Assembly: GCA_031394255.1 (NCBI GenBank)
Contig: JANMXA010000173.1
Location: 4,763 to 68,762, forward strand
Source of the DNA: Gemmatimonadota bacterium
Lineage (GTDB): Bacteria; Gemmatimonadota; Gemmatimonadetes; Gemmatimonadales; GWC2-71-9
Direction of reading: 5' to 3'
DNA: 64,000 nt
Part shown: positions 27,108 through 36,209 of the stretch, in pieces
Numbering within the stretch: position 1 is the first letter of the stretch
Layout: every line of letters begins with the position of its first letter
The notes under the pieces: model-generated
The model's database searches: none
Seen by the model: the letters and a program-made list of their open reading frames with translations, nothing else
What the model was told of the DNA's origin: nothing
Program-made: the position numbers and the translations under genes

Positions 27108-27998
27108 CTACTTCCCGGTCAGGCTTTCATAAACCGTCGTGACGAAATCGTCGGGCTTCATGAACCCCTTGCCCCACTTCTCGTCCCACGCGGCGCTGGG
27201 CTTCGCCGCAAGTACCTGCGTCACGGTCTTCTTTTGCGCCACCAACCGCTGGACATTGTCCCGCACGCCGGTCAGCATCGCGACATAGGCCACCAACTCC
27301 GCCTTGGCCGCCAGCGGCCCGTGACCAGGGATGATCCGGGTCGTTTCATTGGCGTATCCGAGCGCCGTCGAAGCCGCCGCGATCATGCCGTTGATGGACC
27401 CGCCGCTCCCGAGATCGATAAAGGGATACATGCCGTTGAAGAAGACGTCACCCAGATGCATCACATTCGCCTTCTGCCAATGCACGACGGCGTCGCCATC
27501 CGTGTGAGCGTTCTTGACATGGATCGCGTGGATGTCGTCGCCGTTGATATGGAACGTGACCATGTCCGTGAAGGTGATCACCGGCAGGGCGGCCTTCGGG
27601 GAGGCCGGGACCTTCTGATTGAACCGGGCCATGAACTGCTCCACGCTCATCCGCTGCCGAACGTTGTCATGGGCGACGATCACCACCCCGGCCTTCCCGA
27701 AATTCTCATTGCCTCCAGTATGGTCGCCATGCCAGTGGGTGTTCAACAGAAAGCGGACCGGCTTTTCGGAGACGGCCCGAATGGCGTCGGTGATCCGCTG
27801 GCTCAGGGGAGCGAACTGATCATCAATCAGGAAGATGGCGTCGTCACCGACCGCAAGGCCGATGTTTCCCCCACTCCCCAACAGCATGTAGATGCCGTCC
27901 GCCACCGGGACCGCCTGAATTCGTATCGAATCCTGCTGAGCGGCGAGGGGCATGACCAACCCCGCGGCGGCCACCAGCGTCGTGATCAATCGTTTCAC
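27108..27998 (-). CDS. secreted MBL-fold metallo-hydrolase
   Basis: Signal peptide '[21 protein letters not shown]', then '[12 protein letters not shown]' (HxHxDH) and later His ligands ('HTDGD', 'PGHGP'). Confidence 0.85.
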   Translation of the reverse strand: MKRLITTLVAAAGLVMPLAAQQDSIRIQAVPVADGIYMLLGSGGNIGLAVGDDAIFLIDDQFAPLSQRITDAIRAVSEKPVRFLLNTHWHGDHTGGNENFGKAGVVIVAHDNVRQRMSVEQFMARFNQKVPASPKAALPVITFTDMVTFHINGDDIHAIHVKNAHTDGDAVVHWQKANVMHLGDVFFNGMYPFIDLGSGGSINGMIAAASTALGYANETTRIIPGHGPLAAKAELVAYVAMLTGVRDNVQRLVAQKKTVTQVLAAKPSAAWDEKWGKGFMKPDDFVTTVYESLTGK

Positions 27999-28028
27999 AG
28001 TCCTACCTCCAGAAGTTGTGGTTCAGGA

Positions 28029-28364
28029 TCATCGCCGGCGAAGCGCGGTCCCGATCAGCGCTGCACCCAAGGACAGCACCAATGCCAACCCGAGCGTGGC
28101 GCCCGCGACCACCGGCGGCCGGACCGGTAGTAACCGGCCCAACACGCCCAGCAGCGCGCGGAACCCCGGGGCCCGGGCGTCAAGGGCCAGCAGCGCACCC
28201 CAGCCAAGTACCGTCCCCGCTGGCACGCTGAGCAAGGGCCGAGACGACTTCGGCGCGAGCCAAGCGCCGGCCAGCGCAAGGACGGGCGCCGCGATCCACC
28301 CCGCCGCCAGGGTTCCCCAGCCCGCTGCGTTGGCCATCACCAGTACCCAATAAAAGGCCACCAT
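28029..28364 (-). CDS. hypothetical small membrane protein
   Basis: 111-aa Ala/Leu/Gly-rich ORF with about 3 hydrophobic helices, 3 nt downstream of the acylase gene. No family recognised; could be spurious. Confidence 0.4.
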   Translation of the reverse strand: MVAFYWVLVMANAAGWGTLAAGWIAAPVLALAGAWLAPKSSRPLLSVPAGTVLGWGALLALDARAPGFRALLGVLGRLLPVRPPVVAGATLGLALVLSLGAALIGTALRRR

Positions 28365-28366
28365 CG

Positions 28367-30865
28367 TCAGCGCCCCGTGCGGAAGGTGGTTCGGCCTTCA
28401 ATTCGCCCAGCCGGGAAGGATTCCGCCGTCCGGGGAACGATCAGCGAATCAAGCCGACCAGCCAACCAGGCCGGGAGGAAGTCCCGGTAGTGTGTGCTCG
28501 CCGGATTGCCAGATTGGCCGCCCGGGTAGGTCGCCCACGCGCTCACTTGGGGGCCGAGTTCGACCACCATCCGCCAGCTCGCCCCGCTGGTCCCGGCTCC
28601 GCTCGACGGACTCAGGGTCGAGGGACCGGATTGAACGGGCAGATCGAGAGCGGACAGGGCGGGCAGTCGGAGCAGATGGCGAATGTTGGCGTGGTAGGCG
28701 TTGCCCCAGCGCCACCGCTCGGACCCGGCCGGGCCGTGTCGAGCGACCGTGGAATCGAGGCCCGCCGCCAGCGAGGCAATCAGGATATCGTCCCGGCGCT
28801 CAGCGAGCGGTGTACGCCGGTCGTCCCACCATGCATTCGCCGAGTCTGCCATCAAGCCGAGCAGAATCGCTTCGGCCGGCCGCGGTGTGACGGCCTCGTC
28901 CGAACCGGGAGGCCCGGGGGGCGGAGCCAGCTCGTCCCAGACCCGGCGGCTGAGTTCCGTCATCACCGCCTCGAACAGCACCGGACCGGTATTCTGGACG
29001 TCGTACTGCCGGTTCCACGCCGCGAGCAGGCGGATCGCCTCCTTGGCCCGCGGTGACGTCGCGATCCGTAGCGAGTCCGCTCCGACTCGGAGCAGCGTCG
29101 GCACGAACATGTCGGCCCTGGCACTCCCCGGATCAGTCTGGAACCGGCGCATCGCGTCGACGGTGACCTGGGAATCGGCCCGCAGCAACGTGTTGATCCG
29201 CATCGCGCGCCACGGGCTGTACCAGTTGGCGCCCATGAACCTGGCATTGACCGCGGGATCGACGGGCTGCTGGTTCGCCGAGGAGAGAAATCCGCGGGTC
29301 GGATTCAGGGAGAACGGATAGAACTCGACCGGGAGCGCCCCGGTCCAGTCGTTCGCCGAACTCGACCCATCCTGGATCAGGTCCCCGCGGCCGGGGCCGG
29401 GCCGAACCGGATAGCGCCCGGTGGACCGAATCGCGATGGTCCCCTGCCGATCAGCCACGATCATGTTCTGGGCCGGCACGGCGTAGGTCGCCGAAGACTC
29501 CAGGAACTCTCCGACGGAGGCTGCCCGATCGATGGCGACGAACTCCGCCCCGTTACTCGAGCCCTGGTACAGGGTCCACGCCATCGACATCCAGGTCGAG
29601 TCGACCTTCCAGAGCGGCCCGCGATGATTGAAGCGGAGGGTGTCCACGGCCAGAATCAGCCCACTGGGCGCCCGGTAAGCTTCGACCCGGAGTTCGAGCG
29701 GCTTCCAGGTACCATCGACCTGGTACCGCGCGGGATGGAGCGAGTCGTCGACCGTTTCCCGATAGAAATCATTCACGTCCGAGCCGGTATTCGTCATCGA
29801 CCAGGCGATGTGCCGATTGAACCCGATGACGACCCAGGGCGCGCCCGGCAAGGTGACGCCGGCGACATCGAGCCGGTCCCCGACCACCAGATGGGCCTGA
29901 TACCAGATGGACGGGAGCGTGAGCTCGAGGTGGGGATCGCCGGCCAGCAGGGCGTGGCGCGAGGCCGACCGCGCCGGGGCCACCGCCCAGTTGTTGCTCC
30001 CGAGCGCCTCGTCCCCGGTCCAGCGGAGGAACGAACCCAGCGTGCGGTGCGCCCCGTTCAGCGCCCCGATCGCCGTGGTAACCGAGGTGTCGGGCGCCCC
30101 CGGCGGCGGTATGGGAACGAACCCGAACCGGGTGGAATCAACCAGGTTGGGCTGAATCGGTTCCTGGATCGGGGCGTTGACCGGGAAGAGCGCTTCCGCC
30201 GCGGGCCACCCGACTCGTGAGGCCGCCTTGGCCTTGACCAGGGACGCATCGTTGTAGGCGAGCGTCAGCGCCATCCGGGCGAGAAGTAGATAGGAATTGG
30301 CCGGGACCCATCGAGCCGGCTGCCGGCCGAGCAGGCGGTACTCGATAGGCAAGTCGGCCGGGCGCATATGGTCGATCCAGGCGTTGACGCCCTCGGCGTA
30401 CGCCTTGACCGACTGAACGGCAGGACTGGTCGTGTCGGCATCGCGCATGGTCCGCTCGACCAGGCGCGCAAAGCCAAGACGTCTCGCATCCCGGTCACTC
30501 GTGAGCGCGCGGGGGCCCACCAGTTCAGTCAAGGTCCCGGCCGCCGCCCGCGTCTGGGCTTCGAGCTGAAAGAGGCGGTCGCGCGCCACGGCGAAGCCAA
30601 GAGCGCGGTAGGCATCGAGCTCGTTGGCGGCGTAGATATGGGGAACGCCGCGGTCGTCAACCACCACCTTCACCTCGCCGGCAAAGGCGGGGCTCGTCAC
30701 CGTGCGATCGCCGCCGAGCGAGCCGGCGCGCCCCAGGGCCCATACTCCGCCGGCGGGTTCGAGCAACGCCCCGAGCGGAGGCAACGACCCCACCGGGCGG
30801 ACCGCCACGGCGACGCCGGCGGCCAACACAAGGACACCAGCGGCTGCTTGAAGGAACCTGGACAT
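28367..30865 (-). CDS. penicillin acylase family Ntn-hydrolase (possible acyl-homoserine-lactone or beta-lactam acylase)
   Basis: About 830 aa with signal peptide 'MSRFLQAAAGVLVLAAGVAVA'. The beta-subunit nucleophile context 'GSNNWAV' is preserved. Confidence 0.9.
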   Translation of the reverse strand: MSRFLQAAAGVLVLAAGVAVAVRPVGSLPPLGALLEPAGGVWALGRAGSLGGDRTVTSPAFAGEVKVVVDDRGVPHIYAANELDAYRALGFAVARDRLFQLEAQTRAAAGTLTELVGPRALTSDRDARRLGFARLVERTMRDADTTSPAVQSVKAYAEGVNAWIDHMRPADLPIEYRLLGRQPARWVPANSYLLLARMALTLAYNDASLVKAKAASRVGWPAAEALFPVNAPIQEPIQPNLVDSTRFGFVPIPPPGAPDTSVTTAIGALNGAHRTLGSFLRWTGDEALGSNNWAVAPARSASRHALLAGDPHLELTLPSIWYQAHLVVGDRLDVAGVTLPGAPWVVIGFNRHIAWSMTNTGSDVNDFYRETVDDSLHPARYQVDGTWKPLELRVEAYRAPSGLILAVDTLRFNHRGPLWKVDSTWMSMAWTLYQGSSNGAEFVAIDRAASVGEFLESSATYAVPAQNMIVADRQGTIAIRSTGRYPVRPGPGRGDLIQDGSSSANDWTGALPVEFYPFSLNPTRGFLSSANQQPVDPAVNARFMGANWYSPWRAMRINTLLRADSQVTVDAMRRFQTDPGSARADMFVPTLLRVGADSLRIATSPRAKEAIRLLAAWNRQYDVQNTGPVLFEAVMTELSRRVWDELAPPPGPPGSDEAVTPRPAEAILLGLMADSANAWWDDRRTPLAERRDDILIASLAAGLDSTVARHGPAGSERWRWGNAYHANIRHLLRLPALSALDLPVQSGPSTLSPSSGAGTSGASWRMVVELGPQVSAWATYPGGQSGNPASTHYRDFLPAWLAGRLDSLIVPRTAESFPAGRIEGRTTFRTGR

Positions 30866-31005
30866 TGAATCCGGAGCGTCAGGTGACACCAACGACCGCG
30901 GGAGGCGGGCTGGCAGGCCCCAAGTTTGGCCCTGCCTGGCGCCCTTGGGAAGGGCTCCGCAACCCAAGCCTTGCTGAATCGGCCAGGAACCGGGCTCTTT
31001 TCGAC

Positions 31006-31635
31006 ATGCTCAAAGACGTCGACTCCGCCAATCGGGCCTTCCTGCTCCGTGCGCTGACAGGAACGGTTCCGGCGGCACTGCTGATGAGCGCGGCCGTGAC
31101 GTACTACCTGCGAGAAACCCGTCACATCGGCGGCTGGGCCATGGCCGGGGTGATGGCGGTCGGCGCGATCACCGGCGTCGCGACCGGTCTTCTGACGTGG
31201 GTGAGCGCCGAGCGGACTGGCCGGGGCCTCGCGCATCTGCTCCTGGCGGCCGGTAATCTCCCCCCCGCCCCATCGTTTTCCTACCAGGAATCGCTGGTGG
31301 CTCGTGGCCGGTATCAGGAGGCGGTGACTTCCTTTGAAGACCACTTGGCCGACCATCCCGACGACCAGGACGCCCGCCTCGCGATGGCGAACATCCTGGC
31401 CGGGCCGCTCCACCAACCGGAGGCGGCTGCTCAGATCTTCCGGGCGGTACGAGCCAGGGCCCGAACGCCTGATGACGAGTTCCGCGCTCATCAAGCGCTG
31501 ATCGACATCCACCGCGCCACCGGCGACCGCGGGCGGTTGATGGCTGAACTGGCCCGGTTTGCCGACCGGTACCGGGCGACCGCGGTCGGCCGGGCGGCCC
31601 GAGCATCCCTGGCCGATCTCAAGCGGGAACGTTAG
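31006..31635 (+). CDS. hypothetical membrane protein with TPR-like C-terminal domain
   Basis: Two TM helices, then 'YQESLVARGRYQEAVTSFEDHLADHPDDQDARLAMANIL'. The start is uncertain; the ORF is open from a TTG at 30865. Confidence 0.5.
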   Translation: MLKDVDSANRAFLLRALTGTVPAALLMSAAVTYYLRETRHIGGWAMAGVMAVGAITGVATGLLTWVSAERTGRGLAHLLLAAGNLPPAPSFSYQESLVARGRYQEAVTSFEDHLADHPDDQDARLAMANILAGPLHQPEAAAQIFRAVRARARTPDDEFRAHQALIDIHRATGDRGRLMAELARFADRYRATAVGRAARASLADLKRER

Positions 31636-31685
31636 GCGCCGCCTCCGCCGGCCACGCGGCTTGCGCGGCTCCGGAACAGCGGTAG

Positions 31686-31697
31686 TTTGTATACAAA
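31686..31697. promoter_or_regulatory. 12-bp perfect palindrome TTTGTATACAAA, candidate GntR-family operator
   Basis: Read directly, about 70 bp upstream of the D-aminoacylase ATG. It fits the generic GntR/FadR-type GT-Nx-AC palindrome, and a GntR gene is the second gene of the operon. Confidence 0.5.
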
Positions 31698-31766
31698 TCT
31701 GTATCTCGACCGCGACCGCCGTCTCACGCAAAGTCATTCCCGAAGAACCCCAGCTTCGAGGCCCCC

Positions 31767-33500
31767 ATGGCCCTTCGCCGACTCGTCCTCTCGCTCGCCG
31801 CGGCCCTCGCATCTGGTTGCCAACCGCCTACCCCTGCCGGCACGACCGCCGGTTCCGGCAACGGCGACGAATTCGATGTCGTCATCGCCGGAGGCCGACT
31901 GATCGACGGAACCGGCAACCCCTGGTTCTATGGCGATCTGGCGATGCGAGGCGAACACATCGTCAGGATCACGCCGCCGGGCATGCTGGCCAAGGCCCCG
32001 GCCAAGCAGCGAATCGACGCCACTGGCAAAGTCGTGGCCCCGGGATTCATCGACATCCAGGCCCAGTCGGTCTATGCATTCACCCTGGGCGACGGTCGGG
32101 TGATTTCGAGCGTCACCCAGGGCATCACGACGGCCATTCTCGGTGAAGGCTCCACGCCAGCCCCGGCGAATGACCGGACGATCGCCGCCGCCGTGGGCGA
32201 CATGGCGCCGATGAAGGCGGCCCTGGACAAATTCCGCGGGCCGCGCGGTTTCAACGCCTGGCTCGAGATGATGCAGGCGCACGGCACCTCTCAGAATGTC
32301 GGCTCGTTCCTGGGCGCCGCGGCCCCTCGAGTGTACGCCAAGGGGGAAGCCCAAGGAGACGCGACTCCAGCCGAGCTCGACACGATCCGTACCGTTGTCA
32401 CGAATGCCATGGAGGACGGCGCATTCGGCATCGCGAGCGCCCTGATCTACCCCCCCGCGAACTATGCCAGCACGGCCGAGTTGACCGCACAGGCCAAAGC
32501 CGCGGCACCGTTCGGCGGCGTCTACATCACCCACATGCGGTCGGAAGCGGACCGTTTCCTCGAGGCGATCGACGAGGCCCTCAAGATCGGCAAGGACGGG
32601 GGCGTTCCGGTGGAGATCTATCACCTCAAGGCGAGCGGCCCCAAGAACTGGCCAAAGATGGCCCAGGCGATCGCCAAGATCGATTCGGCCCGCGCCGCGG
32701 GCCAGGACGTCGCCGCGGACATGTATCTCTACACCGCGGGCGGTACCGGCCTCGCAGCGTGTGCACCGCCCTGGGCCGCCGCCGACGGCAAGCTCCTCGC
32801 CAACATGACGGACCCGGCGACGCACGCCAGGATGAAGGGTGAGATGCTCAAGCCGGTGGGCGACAATGAGGGGCTCTGCACGCTGGTGGGGCCGGGGGCG
32901 GTGCAAGTCGTTGGATTCAAGAGCCCCGGCCTGACAAAATACGAGGGCCAGCGACTCGACCAGATCGCCAGACAGATGGGCAAGGACTGGCCTGACGCCC
33001 TGATGGAGATCGTGGTGGCGGAGAAGGCTGAGATCGGTGCGATCTTCCACATGATGACGGAGGCCAATCTCCCGAGCCAGATCCGCCAGCCCTGGATCAA
33101 ATGGGGCACCGACGCCGACGGCATGAACCCGGACAGCACTCTGGGTCTGCTGGCGCATCCCCGGGCCTATGGGAACTATCCGCGGCTCCTGGGGCGGTAC
33201 GTCCGGGAGCAGAAGGTGATCCCGCTCGAGGACGCGATCCGAAAGGGGACCGGCGCGGTTGCCCGCCGACTCTCGATCCGGGACCGCGGCTTCCTGCTGC
33301 CGAACTATTACGCCGACGTCATCATCTTCGACCCGAACACGATCGGCGACCGAGCCACGTTCGAAAAGCCTCACCAGCTGTCTGTGGGCATGGACTACGT
33401 CTTCGTTAACGGCACGGCCGTCGTGGCCGCCGGCAAGCACACCAACGCCAAGCCTGGGAAGTTGGTCCGCGGGCCGGGCTGGACAGGCTGGTCCCGATGA
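31767..33500 (+). CDS. N-acyl-D-amino-acid deacylase (D-aminoacylase) family amidohydrolase, lipoprotein
   Basis: Lipobox 'LAAALASGC', then 'FDVVIAGGRLIDGTGNPWFYGDLAMRGEHI', 'PGFIDIQAQS' and the C-terminal 'ADVIIFDPNTI.DRATF..P' motif. Confidence 0.9.
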   Translation: MALRRLVLSLAAALASGCQPPTPAGTTAGSGNGDEFDVVIAGGRLIDGTGNPWFYGDLAMRGEHIVRITPPGMLAKAPAKQRIDATGKVVAPGFIDIQAQSVYAFTLGDGRVISSVTQGITTAILGEGSTPAPANDRTIAAAVGDMAPMKAALDKFRGPRGFNAWLEMMQAHGTSQNVGSFLGAAAPRVYAKGEAQGDATPAELDTIRTVVTNAMEDGAFGIASALIYPPANYASTAELTAQAKAAAPFGGVYITHMRSEADRFLEAIDEALKIGKDGGVPVEIYHLKASGPKNWPKMAQAIAKIDSARAAGQDVAADMYLYTAGGTGLAACAPPWAAADGKLLANMTDPATHARMKGEMLKPVGDNEGLCTLVGPGAVQVVGFKSPGLTKYEGQRLDQIARQMGKDWPDALMEIVVAEKAEIGAIFHMMTEANLPSQIRQPWIKWGTDADGMNPDSTLGLLAHPRAYGNYPRLLGRYVREQKVIPLEDAIRKGTGAVARRLSIRDRGFLLPNYYADVIIFDPNTIGDRATFEKPHQLSVGMDYVFVNGTAVVAAGKHTNAKPGKLVRGPGWTGWSR

Positions 33501-34216
33501 CAACCAGGCCGGCGGCCGGCAAGGGCGGTTCCCGGACGGACCGACCCAAGCAGGTCTACGAGCAGCTGCGGGAATTGATCGTGACCGGCCGACTGGCACC
33601 GGGCAGCCGTCTGGTCGAAACCGATATCGCGACGCGCTTCGCGGTCAGCCGGACCCCGGTCCGGGGCGCGCTGCAGCGCCTTCAGCAGGAGGGGTACATC
33701 ATTGATTCGCCCTCGATGAGACAGTCGCGCCCCACGGTGGCCCCGCTGACGGGCGAAGACGCCCGGGAACTGTTCGGCATCGTCGGCCAGCTCGAAGCGC
33801 TGGCGGCGCACAACGCGGCCGAGCTCCCGGCCGCCAAGCGCCAGGCGCTCGCCCGCGAACTGACGCAGGTCAACAACGATTTCCGGAAAGCGGCGCAAAC
33901 GCCACGGCCGGATCACAACCGGCTCTGGGACCTGGATGAACGATTCCATGAACGTTGCGTCGCGGTTGCCGGCGGCCCCCGGCTCCAACTGCTGCACGGG
34001 TCAGTCAAGCCGCAGGCTGAGCGGTACGAGCGGCTGTATGTCAGCTATCTCGCGGGTGAGATCACGACCTCAGCGTCGGAACACGAAATAATCATCGACG
34101 CGATCGCCGCAGGAGACACCCACGGCGCCAAGGCGGCCGTGGAGCAGAATTGGCACAACGCGGCCGAGCGCCTCGGGCGCGTCATCGAACAAGTCGGCGA
34201 CCGGGGGCGATGGTAA
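33497..34216 (+). CDS. GntR family transcriptional regulator (FadR/FCD subfamily)
   Basis: N-terminal wHTH 'VYEQLRELIVTGRLAPGSRLVETDIATRFAVSRTPVRGALQRLQQEGYI' plus an FCD-like C-terminal domain. ATGA overlap with the upstream gene. Confidence 0.9.
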   Translation: MTTRPAAGKGGSRTDRPKQVYEQLRELIVTGRLAPGSRLVETDIATRFAVSRTPVRGALQRLQQEGYIIDSPSMRQSRPTVAPLTGEDARELFGIVGQLEALAAHNAAELPAAKRQALARELTQVNNDFRKAAQTPRPDHNRLWDLDERFHERCVAVAGGPRLQLLHGSVKPQAERYERLYVSYLAGEITTSASEHEIIIDAIAAGDTHGAKAAVEQNWHNAAERLGRVIEQVGDRGRW

Positions 34217-35541
34217 TGAGTGAGCTGAAACGAGTTCTCGATGCCCGCGGCATCGCGATCCTGACCGTCGGGAGCGTGATCGGCTCCGGCATCTTCCTCG
34301 TCCCAAGCGGCGTCCTCCGCGATTCGGGTGGATCGGTTGGCCTGGCGACGCTCGTCTGGGTCTTCGGTGGCCTGCTCTCGTATCTCGGAGCGTTGACGTA
34401 TGCCGAGATGGGCGCGATGAACCCTCAGGCCGGGGGGCTGTATCTCTACCTCCGGGATGGCTTCGGCCGGGCGGTCGCCTTCGGCTACGGCTGGACGCTC
34501 TTTCTGGTCATCGGGGCCGGGACCGTGGCGACCCTCGCGGTGGCCTCAACCAATTATCTCGCCGCGCTCGTCCCGATGAGTCCGATGGTACAAAAGGTGG
34601 TTGCCATCGGGCTGGCATTCGGAGCCGGCATCATCAACGTCTTCGGCACCGATCGCAGCACCGGGATTCTCAAGTGGGGCACGCTGCTCAAACTGGCGGC
34701 GATCGCGCTGCTCGTCCTCGTCCTGCCGATCCTCGGCACGGGATTCCGGCAAGTCGAACACGTCTGGCCGACCACGGTAACCGGCGGCACCTTCAGCGCG
34801 GCCGGTCTGGCGCTCGTCTCGGTGCTGTGGGCGTATGAGGGGTGGCAGTACCTGACCTTCATGGCGGGCGAGACGATCGACCCTCAACGAAACTTCCCCA
34901 AAGGCCTTGCCTTCGGCGTCATCGCGCTGATCGTCATCTACGTGACCGCCGCGACCGCGTACATCGCCGGCCTCGGTCCGGCCGGCGTCGCCGCCTCGAC
35001 CCGGGTAGCGGCCGACGCTGCCAGTACGGTGCTCGGCCCGATCTGGGGCAAGCTGATCGCGATTCCGATCATCGTCTCGATGATTACCGCGGCCCAGGCC
35101 AACTCGCTTGCATCGGCCCGGGTGTATTTCGCCATGGCGCGGGACGGCGTGTTCTTCCCTCCGATGGCCCGGATCCATCCGAAGTACGGGACGCCGGCGT
35201 TCGCGATCGTCGCCGCGTCGGTCTGGGCGGCCGTCCTGGCGGCCAGCGGCACCTTCGAGGTGTTGCTCAAATACGTGATCTTTGTGGGTTGGCTCTTCTA
35301 CGGCCTGGGTGGACTGGCCCTGATCGCTCTCCGGCGGAAACAGCCCGACACGCCGCGACCGTTCAAGGTGCCCGGGTACCCGGTGACACCGATCCTCTTT
35401 GCGCTTTCCGGATTCGCGATCGTCATCAATACGGTCTATCTCGATCCCCCGCGCGGCCTGATTGGGCTGGGAGCCGCGGCCCTCGCCGTTCCGGTTTATT
35501 ATGTTTGGCGGGCGATCGCCGGCACCGGTGGCGCGTCGTAG
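34216..35541 (+). CDS. APC family amino acid permease
   Basis: 'ILTVGSVIGSGIFLVP' and 12 predicted TM helices. ATG at 34216 overlaps the GntR stop (TAATG). Confidence 0.9.
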   Translation: MSELKRVLDARGIAILTVGSVIGSGIFLVPSGVLRDSGGSVGLATLVWVFGGLLSYLGALTYAEMGAMNPQAGGLYLYLRDGFGRAVAFGYGWTLFLVIGAGTVATLAVASTNYLAALVPMSPMVQKVVAIGLAFGAGIINVFGTDRSTGILKWGTLLKLAAIALLVLVLPILGTGFRQVEHVWPTTVTGGTFSAAGLALVSVLWAYEGWQYLTFMAGETIDPQRNFPKGLAFGVIALIVIYVTAATAYIAGLGPAGVAASTRVAADAASTVLGPIWGKLIAIPIIVSMITAAQANSLASARVYFAMARDGVFFPPMARIHPKYGTPAFAIVAASVWAAVLAASGTFEVLLKYVIFVGWLFYGLGGLALIALRRKQPDTPRPFKVPGYPVTPILFALSGFAIVINTVYLDPPRGLIGLGAAALAVPVYYVWRAIAGTGGAS

Positions 35542-35578
35542 CGAGGTTCCAGTGTTTTGGTGACAAGAGGGTAACGGC

Positions 35579-35598
35579 AAGCAAGTACCCGCTTGCTT
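35579..35598 (+). other. inverted repeat AAGCAAG-N6-CTTGCTT (terminator of the permease operon or TetR operator)
   Basis: Read directly in the 89-bp gap between the permease stop and the tetR start. Followed by TC, not a clear U-tract. Confidence 0.35.
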
Positions 35599-35630
35599 TC
35601 GGACTGTTGGGTCGCTACAGTTTGCCCCCC

Positions 35631-36206
35631 ATGGAACTGAGAGACCGGATTCTCGACGCTGCCGCTAAGGTCTACTCCGAGACCGGCTTTCGCGGCGCCA
35701 CGACCCGCCGGATCGCCGAGCGGGCCGGCGTGAACGAGATCACCCTGTTCCGCCATTTCGGATCCAAAACCCGCCTGCTCCACGAGGCGATCCGCTGCGC
35801 CGGGGTCGCCTCGAATCTTTGTGCCCTGCCCGCCCGTCCTGCAGACCCACGCGCCGAACTCGCCACTTGGGCTCTGACCACCTTCCGCGAACTGTTCGCG
35901 CGGCGGTCCCTCATCAGGACAGCGATGGGAGAACTCGAGGAACGACCCGACTTGCTGCCGCCGGACCAGAGCCATACGGTCTGCGCCGGGCAGGAACTGC
36001 ACGGGTATCTCGAGCGGCTTCGTGCCATGGGAATGATTCGAGCCGAGGTAGATCTGATGGCGGCGACCATGATGTTCATGGGGACCTTATTCGCCGACGC
36101 CATCACCCGCGACATCATCCCCGCCATGTACCGCCAGGACCCGGAGCAATCGATCGTCCATTACGTCGATCTGATCGCCCGGGCCCTCGACCTGAAGGAG
36201 TCTTGA
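35631..36206 (+). CDS. TetR/AcrR family transcriptional regulator
   Basis: 'RILDAAAKVYSETGFRGATTRRIAERAGVNEITLFRHFGSK' HTH. Only the last 191 codons of the 454-aa ORF are real; the 5' part is out-of-frame permease sequence. Confidence 0.85.
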   Translation: MELRDRILDAAAKVYSETGFRGATTRRIAERAGVNEITLFRHFGSKTRLLHEAIRCAGVASNLCALPARPADPRAELATWALTTFRELFARRSLIRTAMGELEERPDLLPPDQSHTVCAGQELHGYLERLRAMGMIRAEVDLMAATMMFMGTLFADAITRDIIPAMYRQDPEQSIVHYVDLIARALDLKES

Positions 36207-36209
36207 GCC

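Noticed and set aside
30865-31005. Start of the TPR-like membrane protein at 30865 (as listed in the ORF track)
   Set aside because: That TTG would share nucleotides with the divergent acylase start codon and leave no promoter space. The encoded 47 residues are Pro/Gly/Arg-rich. The ATG at 31006 is preferred, with low confidence.
31734-33599. 621-aa minus-strand ORF
   Set aside because: It is antisense to the D-aminoacylase gene, whose product has clear family motifs. The antisense translation is Arg/Gly/His/Asp-rich low-complexity sequence, typical of spurious long ORFs in GC-rich DNA.
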